A program made the position numbers and the translations under genes. Positions 40,225 to 56,430 of a DNA stretch of 64,000 nucleotides are shown here, piece by piece. Numbering within the stretch: the first letter of the stretch is position 1; each line of letters begins with the position of its first letter. The DNA lies in NCBI GenBank assembly GCA_014905635.1, contig JABVCE010000017.1:682001-746000 (forward strand), read 5' to 3'. This stretch comes from Scenedesmus sp. PABB004. Taxonomy: Eukaryota. Below the pieces are notes generated by a model. The model saw nothing but the letters and a program-made list of their open reading frames with translations. It had not been told where the DNA came from and did not search any database.

Positions 40225-41476
40225 GCGCGCCGACGGCGCCGCGCTGCGCCGCGAGCCGCCGGCCCCTGGGCGCCGCGCGCGCGCTCGCCTGAGCGGCGCG
40301 GCGCGCCGCCGCCGCCGCTGCTGATGCGGGCCGCCGGCGGGGGGAGGGCGGCGGCAGGACGAGGGGGAGGGGCAGGGAGGCCGGCGCGGGCGCGCGCGCC
40401 GCGGCCGAGCAACGGCTCATGGTTTGCGCTCCCGCGTGTGCCTGGCGCTCCAAGTGATTTTCGGGCTCACCCGGCGCGCCAGCGGCCGCCCTGCCGCCAC
40501 GCGTTCAAACCACGGACGCCGCGGGGCTGCAAGACGCCCCGGCAGCGGCGCCTGCACACGGTGAAGAAGCAGAGTGTGTGGCTGCAACACGCCTCACTCC
40601 GTGTATCAAACTGCTGCATCGGCTCCCTCGTTTGTCGGCCGCCGCGCCGCAGCGGGGGCGCACCCCCGCTGCCGCTGCTGCGTGCGCGCCGGCACACACA
40701 GCTAGGTCTCGCTCTGGCGATTGATGGTGTGCGTGGTTAACTACAATCGCTGCCCCAACATCCCCCGACTGCCCCGCGCGCGCCCGGGCAGCCCGCAGCG
40801 CTGCCGCCAGCCTGAACCCTGCTCGCGTCGTCAGCCGCCCACCTGAGAGCGGTCGCTGCACGCCCGAAATGACACGGCCGCCGCGCGCACAGTCAGCCTG
40901 TTGCTCGTGGGTTGCTTGCCTCGGCGGCGGGCCGGCATTACGTTTGCGCGCACAGCCGCCGCATGAGGATCGCATCGGCGGCCGTGACGCGTTGCACCCG
41001 CGCATGGCAGCGCTCGCGGCGGGGCGGCGGAGCGGCGTCACCGCAGCGCGCGCCGCCCCCGGCGCGCTGCCCGTAGGGGCGGGTCCTGGCTGGCAGGGCG
41101 CACCTCTGCAGCTGCTAGCCAGCGGCTTGGAGGCCAGGCTCCACACACACCGGGCAGCGTGAGGGGCGCGCCTGGGTCACCGCCGGCCAGGCGTGCGACG
41201 CGGACGGCGCGCGCGGCGGCGCGGGGCGCGCACGATGCGGGCGGCGCCGCCGCACAACGGTCACCGCTGCGCGGGCTTGCGGCAGCGAGAGAGCGCGGGC
41301 GTGTGCAAGAGAGCAGACGCAGTGACCGCTCTCAGCTGGTGGTGGGCTTGGGATGCGGGCGCATGCCGGAGCAGAGAGGCGCGGCCGGCGTGGCAGACCG
41401 CGTGCGCCTCGAGGCTTGACTGGTCTGACCTGGCGGCCAGCGCGGCGGTGGCGCTCTCAGAGACCTCTCGGCCGCA

Positions 41477-41489
41477 TGTAACTATTACA
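41477..41489. terminator. Palindromic two-way TGTAA poly(A) signal (second copy at 44601-44613)
   Basis: TGTAA-CTA-TTACA reads TGTAA on both strands; TGTAA is the established chlorophyte poly(A) signal. Confidence 0.5.
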
Positions 41490-41653
41490 CTGCACACGCG
41501 CTTGCCGCCGTCCCCGCGGCGGCTGCGGCGTCGAGCGATTGCGCACGCTCCCCACAACTGGCACACAAGGCCCCCGTCGCTCAGTTCTGCTACACCCACA
41601 CACAGCGCCTCGCAGCTGTGCTCTCGAATCCTAGAAAAGACCAGCCCGCACGA

Positions 41654-43515
41654 TCAAGGGCTCAGCTCAGGCGCGGCCTGAGTCGCGGCCTCGGCGCCCT
41701 CCGCGGCGGTGGGCACCACCTCTGCGGCCACGGCCTCCGCGGCCACGGCCTCCGCTGCCACGGCCTCCGCGACCGGCGTCACGGCGCTGGCAGCCTCCGC
41801 AGCGGGCACAGCCGCGCCGTTGTGCGTGGGCGCAGTCGCCGCATCGGGGACGACGGCCGCCTGGGGCTCGGCCACCGTGGCAGCAGTCGCCGCGGCACCA
41901 CCCGCCAGCTCGGGGCTCGAGGCCGGGGTGTCGAGCTCAGGGCTGAGCGCCACGGCGGTGGCGGCGGCGGCGCCGCGCACGCGGCGCCGGCGCCTGGTGT
42001 TGGTCGCGCCCGTGGCCCCGTCGCTGGCGGCCGCCCTCGCGCCCGTGCGGCACATGCAGGGGCAGAAGTCCTTGACGCCCGGCAGGCCGCAGGAGCCCAC
42101 GCCCCAGCCAGGGCAGGCGGCGTATGTGTCGACGCAGGTCGGCGGAGACGGCACCGGCGGGGGCGGGGGCGGGGGCGGGGGCGGGGATGGCGTGCTGCCA
42201 CACTTGCCGACGAGGGGCTGGCAGCCGATGCCGCAGTGGTCGGAGGTCACGCCACACCACCCGTACTGTCCGCAGCACTGGCCGGACGGGCAGCAGGCGC
42301 CGCCGCTGGTGGCCCCGCATTGGCCGCCAGGAGCCGCGACGCGCACGCAGGGCGGCGGCGGCGGCGGGGGCGGTGACGGCGACGACGGCGGCGGCGGGGG
42401 CGGCGGGGTGCCGATGACACGGATGTCGGCGCAGCTGTGAGGGCGGCGCAGAGCGGTGCAGCCTGTGAGCGGCCGGAGCCCTGGGTGCGGCCGCAGCCGC
42501 CTGGCCTCGGCTTTGTCGCAGCGCAGCACCGCCAGCCGCGACTCACTTGTGGAAGCGCTCGGTGCGAACGGTCGCGGAGCACACAGGCAGGCTGGTCTGG
42601 CGGAGCGCGGGGTTGGAGCCAGGGGTCGCGTAGCCGCCGCACGCGGCGCGGTTCTCGCAGCCGCCCCAGCAGCTGTTGTATGTGTGGTACTCCTGCGGGC
42701 GGCGCGGCAGCAGCACGGTGGGCGGCGAGCGCGGCTTTGCTTGCTGCCGGCATGCGGTGTCGCAGGCGCGGTGCGTGCAATCGGTGCGCGCGCACGCACC
42801 CACTGCAGCACGCAGCCGTTGGGGCAGCTGATGCCGGCAGGGATGATGTAATCCTGGCTCATCACCAGGGAGGGGCTGCAGACGCCGCTGCTGGCGCAGG
42901 GCCCGCCGGCCATGCCGTTGACGGTCTGGATGAACGTGTGGCGGCCCAGGCCGTCGGCGCGCTGCAGCGGGAAGCGGTCAAAGCAGGCCTGGTCCAGGTT
43001 GGTGTTGCGGTCGCAGATCTTGAAGCCGATCCAGCCGCCGTGGTTGGTGGTGATCGTCCACTGCAGGCTCACGCGGCTGCCCGGGGCGTACGTGGCGCTG
43101 GGCGACTGCACCTGCGCGGCCATCCAGTTGGCGTTGGCGGGGTCCCGCAGGTTCTGCCAAGGGTCGCCGCAAACGCCTGCGGCGGTGCGCCGCGGAGAAG
43201 CGGGTGGGCGCGCAGCAGAGCCGAGGCGCTCTCGGCGCGCGCTGGCCTAGGAGGCGGCCCGCGGCGTCGCCTCAGCGCGGCCCCTGCGAGGTGCGCCGCC
43301 GCCGCACCTGGCTGCGCGATGCCGCCGGGGCTGGAGGCATCGCGGGAGAGGCCGCGGCCGTTGCCGCTGTTGCGGTCCCACGCGATGCCGGGCGGCGCCA
43401 CGGCGTTGAGGCGCGAGTTGCGGGACTCGGGCCTGCTCAGCCAGCCGTGGCCGAGGGCGCCGGGGAGCGCCAGCAGAGGGAGCAACGCCAGCAGGGAGAA
43501 CCTGGCGACTCCCAT
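41654..43515 (-). CDS. Lytic polysaccharide monooxygenase (AA15/AA10-like) with hevein (CBM18) and ShKT-like modules
   Basis: Exons 43515-43308, 43176-42800, 42692-42547 and 42434-41654. Signal peptide then [11 protein letters not shown] (His1), VCGDP, ITTNHGG (second His), FKIC, CVLQWEY, ERFHNCADI. Hevein [49 protein letters not shown]...C...FCPCMC; Ala/Glu-rich tail. Confidence 0.88.
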
Positions 43516-45363
43516 GGTCGCAGCGTGTGTGTGGCTGGTGCTGTGAGTTGCGTCTGTAGGCCTGACGGTCGAGGCTGGTGCGCTGCAGCGCGGCGCGTGC
43601 TTATAGGCCCGCATCGGCGCGCCCAAAGCAACATACCACGGTTGGTCTCTCTCTTGGAGCGCCCGTTCTTGGTCCCAGGCGACCAGCAGGCGCAGCCGCG
43701 CGGCACCCGGGGCGCAGCTGCCGCGCGGCGCGCGCCGTGAGCTGCCGCCGCCCTCCTCGCCGCGCCGGAGCCGCTATCGCCCGGCTCGCGCCGCCCGACG
43801 GTCGTAGCGTCCGTCCCTTACGCCCGTGCGGGCGGCAGCGCGCGCTGGTGGCCGCTGGGGCGGGCAGCTCGGGAAGCCCGGACGCGCTCGCCCGCACGCG
43901 CTCGGCAAGCCGCGCGCCGACCGAGCAGCGCGTGGGCGGGTGCTGCAGGCCGCACCGCACGCGCACGGGTGCTGGCAGGTCGGCGGCGCTCGCGCGGCAA
44001 GCTGCGCGGGCGGGCGGCCGCCTGCGGACGCTTGCGCCCGCCCGCTCGCTGAGCGAGCTCCACGGTCTCACACAGGGCTTGGATGCGTGCGGCCCGATCG
44101 GCAGCGGTGCACGAGCACGCCACGCGTCAGCCCGCTGCGGCGGCGCCGGCGATCGCGGGGGCGCTCGCAGACGCGCGCCGGGGCGGCGCTGCGCGCGCAG
44201 CGCCTGCGGCCCGCCGGCCGTGCCCGGGGGCTGGCCTGGTGGTGCGGGCTGCTGGAGAGCTGGGCAGGCAGGACGGGCAGCTGCCAGCAGGACCGTGCCA
44301 GGCTGGTCCGCCAGGCCGCAGCGGCCCCGCGGATGGCCGCTGCGCGCGCAGCCAGTGGTGAGCGCATACGCCCGATCGCGACCCGCCTGCTTGGCCTGCG
44401 AGCAAGCCACGGCTGCGCTGAGCTGAGCCCCTGATCGTGCGGGCTGTACTTTTCTAGGATTCGAGAGCACAGCTGCGAGGCGCTCTGTTGTGGTTGTAGC
44501 AGGACTGAGCGACGGGGCCTTGTGTGTCAGTTGTGGGGAGCGTGCGCAATCGCTCGACGCCGCAGCCGCCGCGGGGACGGCGGCAAGCGCGCGTGTGCAG
44601 TGTAATAGTTACATGCGGCCGAGATGTGTCTGAGATCGCCACCGCCGCGCTGGCCGCCAGGTCAGACCAGTCAAGCCTCGAGGCGCACGCGGTCTGCCAC
44701 GCCGGCCGCGCCTCTCTGCTCCGGCACGCGCCCGCATCCCAAGCTCACCACCACCTGAGAGCGACCACTGCGTCCGCTCTCTTGCACACGCCCGCTCTCT
44801 CTCGCTGCCGCAAGCCCGCGCAGCGGTGACCGTTGTGCGGCGGCGCCGCCCGCATCGTGCGCGCCCCGCGCCGTCGCGCGCGCCGTCCGCGTCGCGCGCC
44901 TGGCCGGCGGTGGCCCAGGCGCGCCCCTCACGCTGCCCGGTGTGTGTGGAGCCTGGGCTCCAAGCCTGGCCTCCAAGCCGCTGACGAGCAGGTGCGGCGG
45001 TGCGCCCTGCCAGCCAGGACCCGCCCCGGCGGGCAGCGCTGCCCGCCGTAGCGCTGCCCTGCTAGCGCGCCGGGGGCGGCGCGCGCTGCGGTGACGCCGC
45101 TCCGCCGCCCCGCCGCGAGCGCTGCCGTGCGCGGGTGCGACGCGTCACGGCCGCCGATGCGATCCTCATACCGCCGCAGCTGCCGCCCAGGCGCGCCCAC
45201 GCGGGCGGCGCGGGCCGCGCGGGCTTTGGCGCGACTTTTGGCGGCCCAGGCGCGCGGCCCCAGGGCTGATGCTGCGCCGCGAGTGCTGCCACGACGCCGA
45301 TGCGCACGGGGGTAGAGAGCAAGGACGCGCCCAGCGCCCCGCCTGCGCGCACGGAGCCTTCAG

Positions 45364-47244
45364 ATGGACGCCGTGCTGGCCGAGCTCGCCGCCGCGCACA
45401 GGAGGTCGGCAGGCCACGCTTCGTCGATAACCCGGATTGCCGAGGACGCCAACTCGCTGCTGAAGCTGCAGCGGACCAAGGCGGCCGCGGATGCGGCCGC
45501 CGCGCAGGCGCAGACGGCGGAGCAGCGCGGCCGCGCCGCGCTCGCGGCCGCGCTCGACGTCCACCCCGAGCTGAGCGGCTCCGCGGCCGACGTCGAGGCG
45601 CAGAGGCTGCTGGCATCGCTGGGCCGCAGCTGGCACGGGGCGCGCGCGACCGCGACAGCAGCGGCGGCGCTGATCGCGAGCCCGCAGCTGCGCGAGCGCC
45701 TGCGCGGCGTGCGCAGCCGCAGCGCCGGGAGCCTGGCGGCGCAGCGCAAGCAGGTGAAGGCAGTGCTGGCGCACTCGCTCTGGCGGCAGCTCCGCCCCGA
45801 GCAGGCGCGCGCGCTGTGGGCGCAGGCGACGGTGGCGGAGCACCACCGCGACGTGCTGCAGCCCCGCTTCCGCCCTTCAGCGCCCGGCGGCGGTGCAGGA
45901 GGCGGCTGCAGGTGCGCCGGCGTGAGCTGCGGCTGGTGCGGCGAGGCGCTGCCCGCCAGGCAGCACCTGCTGCTGCACGTGTGCGGCAAGGCGCGCCGCG
46001 TGGACGCGCAGCTGCTGCAGGAGCTGGCGGCGGCGGCGGGCTGCGAGCCCACGCGCGTGACCGGGGACGGGCTGCGCCGCTGCTTCCTGTGCCCCAGCAC
46101 GCTGCCTCGCGGCGCGGTCGCGCACAGCTGCAGCGCGCTGCTGTGGCGCCTGCTGGTGGTGGACCAGAGCCAGCTGCCGTGGGCCAGCCCCGCGGAGCAG
46201 CCGGCGGTGGTGCTGCAGCAGGCGCACCTCAGCCGCCTGCGGCGCGACGGCCACATGCCGGTCACGGCGGTGTTCATGTGAGCGGCGCGGGGCGGGGCCG
46301 CGCTGGGGGGGGGGGGGGGCGGCCGCCGCGGCGGCGCACGTTGCCCGGCGTCTGCTGGCCCGCCGCCCGCACACCTCTCGCCTCCCCCTCCCGTGCCCCA
46401 CTGCCTCTTTGTGGCGCGCTGCTGCAGGTGCCCCCCCAAGCTGCTGCCCGCCGGCCTGCGTGGGAAGGCCAGGCGCCAGGAGATGCTGGACCGCGGCACC
46501 TGGCCGCTGCTGCGCAGCCGCCTGCTCGTCGGGCCCAGCAGCTTCGTGGCGGGCGAGCAGGGCCTGTTTGCGCTGGACGAGCCCGACCATTACCACGATG
46601 AGCGGCGCAGCCCCGCCTGGGCGGGGTCGCTCGTGGCGTACGAGGCCGGCGCGCGGCGCGGCGCGGCGCAGCTGCCCGTGCGCACGCGCAGCCTGGCCGG
46701 CGCCTACACCGGCCAGCTGCGCGCCCCGCTGCCCGACGACGAGGCCGAGCCGAGCCTGGCGGCGGTCAGCGTCGGCGGCGCGGTGTTTGACCCCTGCCTC
46801 GTGGGCGGCGTGCTGCAGATGGCAAACCTCGGCCACGGCCCCGCGGCGCTGCTGGAGCCCGTCCTGGCGGCCTGACGCCCTGGGCAGCAGCAGCTGCTGC
46901 TGGAGGTGCGCAGAGCGGTGCCGTCCACGGCGCGCGCCACGCGGCCAGCGCCGCAGCCGGGCTGGGTATGGGACGCGGCGGGGCGCGGCTTCAAGCTGGG
47001 CGGCGTGCTGTGCGAGCTGGCGTGGGACTACGCCGCAACCAGCACGCACGCAGACGACGCCCTCGCCGCCACGCTCTGCGCCTGCTGGGCCTGCACCGAC
47101 GGCGGCGCGGCCGCGCAGCACACGGTGCTGACCGTGCAGCCGCGGCAGGAGCAGCGAGTGCAGCCGCGCGCGGGGCGCAAGCGCAAGCGGCGCGCGCCGC
47201 CTGACGAGAGTCGCTCGCCGCGGCCCTGCCCAGGCGCGCGCTGA
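45364..47244 (+). pseudogene. Zn-finger-like + degenerate SET/post-SET protein with an in-frame TGA at 46873-46875 (pseudogene, readthrough or sequence error)
   Basis: Exon 45364-46277, intron 46278-46427. CGWC..HLLLHVC; LVGPSSFVAGEQGLFA; LQMANLG; after the TGA the same frame continues to ELAWDY...LCACWAC. Confidence 0.55.
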
Positions 47245-47813
47245 CCGGCCGCTGCGGCCGGGATGGGCAGGCGCGGCGGCCGGGGTGCTGGCCGCTGGGA
47301 CGCGCTGAGCTGAGCTGCCAGCGCGTGCGGCCGAGGCGGGGCGAGAACGCACGAGGCAGCCTCACGGGCGGGTCCGTTACCGAGGGGCCCGCCGCCCACA
47401 CGCGCGCGGCGGTGGCGCGGCGCCGTCACGGCGCCGCGCAGCCCGCGCGCGCGCGCGAGAGGGAGAGAGCTGCGTGACGCGCGGGGTCGCTGCCCCCCGC
47501 CCCCGCTGCCCCGACACACGGAAGCCCCGCCGAAGCTCAGCTCTGAAAATGAGTGCACCGCGCGCCTGCGCCGCCAGGCGCCCGCCGGCGCACGCACGCC
47601 GGGGCCCCGCCGCGCCGCCGGCCACACGCTGCACAGCCCCCGCGCGCAGCAGCTCGCTCGCCCGCAGGGCGCCGCGCGGCCACGCGCCGCGCGAGCGCCG
47701 CGCCTCGCGGCTGCCGGCTGCAGCCGCGCGCCGCGCCGCCGCCGCGCCGCGGGCGCCCTCGCCCCGCCCCTCCTCCGCGCCCCCGTCTGCAGCTCCCCGC
47801 CTCCCGCAGCTGC

Positions 47814-53668
<5,855 letters not shown>

Positions 53669-53721
53669 GGCTGCGGGCGGTCTGCTGCGACGGCTGCCGG
53701 CGCTGGGCGCGGGGGGGCGAG

Positions 53722-56430
53722 GTGTCCTCGCTGCTGCTGCTGCTGCTGCGGCTGGTGGCGGTCGCGTGCGGCGGCGCGCGGGCGGCGTCTCGACTGGGTG
53801 CGGGCCGGGGAGCACGTGTGGCGCGGCGCCGCGGCGCGCCGGGGCTCCACGGGGGCGATCGGGCTGAGCTTCTAGAGTCCTGCCCCGCTTCTTCGGCTCC
53901 CCTGCCGCACACCGTGTCCCCCGTGCGCGCCGCCCCCGTCCCGCCCACCGCGCGGTACGGCAGCCTGCCACGCCGCACCGCTCCGCCTCGCCCGCGCCCG
54001 GTCAACGCGCGCAGCGGCGCCGGCCCTGCCAGGGCGGCGTGCGGCGAGCCGGAAGCAGCCCGGCGCGGCGCAGCCGCTGGCAGCTGGCGCCAAATGGACG
54101 CTATGGTCGGCGGCACCGGGCGCGTGCGGCGTGCGGCGGGCGGTGCGCGCCGCGCACGGCGGCAGGCGCCGCGCCCGCAGCGGCGCCGCGCACGGCTGCA
54201 GGCGCCGCGCACGGCGGCGGCAGCAGCGGCGGCAGCGGCGGCGGCGGCGGCGCCGGCAGCGCCGGCAGCGCCGGCCAGCGGGCGGGTGGCGACGGACGGC
54301 GGGCAGCGACGGCAGCGGCCGCAGCGACGGCAGCGGCCGCGGCGGCTGCAGCGGAGTCAGAAGCCATCGCTCGCGGCGCCGCGGGGGCCCTGGTCCGCGC
54401 AGGCCGCGCAGCCGCCCGATCACGGCCTAGCCTAGCTACGGCGCGCCCGCGAGCGATCTGCCCGCGCCTGGCGCGGCTCTGCGCCTAACTGTGCGTCTTT
54501 ACAGGTCTACACACATCGGTCTCGGTGAGAGGGCGGGCGGCGCGGCGGGCGCCGCCTAAGGCCGCCGCTGGCGCGGCAGTGCCGTTGTCGCGCGCCTGCC
54601 GGTCGGCCTTCCCGCGCGCTGCGCCCGCGGGACCCGCGCCGCCCGCACGATCGGTCTGGGCAGCGGCCCCGCTGCCGGGGGCGCGCGCCCGGCGCCGGCG
54701 GGCGGCGTGCTAATCATTTTCGCGCGCGGGCCTGGTGGGAAGGCGGCCGGCACCTGCGCTGCTGGGGCGGCCCGGCGCCACGCGGCCGCACGCCGCACGC
54801 GCCCGGTGCCGCCGACCACAGCGTCCATTTGGCGCCAGCTGCCAGCGGCTGCGCCGCGCCGGGCTGCTTCCGGCTCGCCGCACACCGCCCTGTCAGGGCC
54901 GGCGCCGCTGCGCGCGTTGACCGGGCGCGGGCGACGCCGAGCGGTGCGGCGTGGCAGGCGGGCTTACCTCGCGGTGGGCGGGGCGGGGGCGGCGCGCACG
55001 GGGGACACGGTGTGCGGCAGGGGAGCCGAAGAAGCGGGGCAGGACTCTAGAAGCTCAGCCCGATCGCCCCCGTGGAGCCCCGGCGCGCCGCGGCGCCGCG
55101 CCACACGTGCTCCCCGGCCCGCACCCAGTCGAGACGCCGCCCGCGCGCCGCCGCACGCGACCGCCACCAGCCGCAGCAGCAGCAGCAGCGAGGACAACAC
55201 CACCCCTCCCTCCCCCCGCCCGCAACGCCGGTGCGGACCGCTGCGTCGGCGGGGTTCCGCGGCCGTGGCGCGCCGCGCCCGGCCATGCGCAAAGTACGCT
55301 CGGGTGTGCCAGCCAGGCACAGCACGCGCGCGGCGCGCCGCGGGCAGGCTTAGGCGGTCACGACGCTTCGGCGGCGCAGCGGCGGCCAGCGATGGCTGCA
55401 GGGGCAGCCCGCGCATGGCGTCGCCGCTGACCGACGACGGGGCGCGGCCGTGACAGCGGCGGCTGTGCTCGTGGCATAAATCGCGTGAAAACACCCCTGG
55501 GTGCCCATCCGGCGGTGCCGGGGCTCCAGGCCGGCCGCCGCAGCCGCGCCGCGCGGCGCAGGAACGCTGGTCAAACCTGGTGCGCCAGTCAAACGCGGTC
55601 AAACGCCGCTTCCCGGAGCGCTGCGCGACGGGCTGGCAGCACGGTGCGAGTGCTGGGCACGGGCCTCCCTCCCAGGAGCGAGCGCTCAGCGTGCCGGCTG
55701 CGCTCAGTGGGGCTGCGGCCGTGGGGCGGCACGGGCGCCGCACGCACGGCGCGCGGGCCCGGCCCGGGCCGGGCAGACACCGTTGCGCGGCCCGCGCTGG
55801 CTGGGAGGCAGGTGCGGAGGCCGGTCACGGCGTGTCCGCGTCGGCTGGCGGGATGCGGGCCCACACGGCCCGCCCGCCCAAGCGCGTCGCAGGTCGACAT
55901 TCCAGCTTTGGAGCCATTTGCACGTCGCCTGCGCGCTGCGATCGCCGCTCCGGGGGCCGCCCGACAGCGGCGTGGGTCCTCCGGCGCGGCCGCGTGGCGC
56001 CGGGCCGCCCCGCGGCGCAGGTGCCGGCCGCCTTCCCACCAGGCCCGCGCGCGAAAATGATTAGCATGCTGCCCGCCGGCGCCGGGCGCGCGCCCCCCGG
56101 CAGCGGGGCCGCTGCCCAGACCGATCGTGCGGGCGGCGCGGGCGCCCGCGAGCGCAGCGCGCGGGAAGGCCGACCGGCAGGCGCGCGACAACGGCACTGC
56201 CGCGCCAGCGGCGGCCTTAGGCGGCGCCCCACCGCGCGGCCCCCCTCTCACCGAGACCGATGTGTGTAGACCTGTAAAGACGCACAGTTAGGCGCAGAGC
56301 CGCGCCAGGCGCGGGCAGATCGCTCGCGGGCGCGCCGTAGCTAGGCTAGGCCGTGATCGGGCGGCGCACGCCCGCCAGGCGCGATGGACGCCCACGGCTG
56401 CCCGGACCAGGGCCCGCGCGGCGCCGCCGG
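53722..56430. repeat. Interleaved inverted duplications A-B-A'-B' between BiP and the cyclin
   Basis: A 53722-54137 is the reverse complement of A' ~54786-55195; B ~54375-54790 is the reverse complement of B' ~55985-56430. Confidence 0.92.
53810..53919 (-). promoter_or_regulatory. Candidate ER-stress / HSE-like motifs upstream of BiP
   Basis: CACGTGCTC on the minus strand (53818-53810), ACACCGTGTCC on the plus strand (53909-53919), and HSE-like cttctagagt at ~53869. Confidence 0.45.

Larger units (their letters stand above)
40962..45170. repeat. ~700 bp inverted repeats (~40962-41670 / ~44418-45170) flanking the LPMO gene
   Basis: For example 41161-41460 is the reverse complement of ~44630-44930 with few mismatches; both arms carry TGTAA-nnn-TTACA. 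Confidence 0.93.

Noticed and set aside
43826..44434. Second LPMO copy ending ELSP-stop on the plus strand
   Set aside because: Only the last few codons and the UTR match; upstream sequence shows no LPMO, hevein or linker similarity.
40962..45170. Autonomous DNA transposon
   Set aside because: No transposase, no recognisable terminal motif or TSD; the arms are the gene's own 3' end.
54101..54367. MASDSAAAA ORF downstream of duplicated promoter B
   Set aside because: Low-complexity GCC/GCT-derived sequence with no supporting features.
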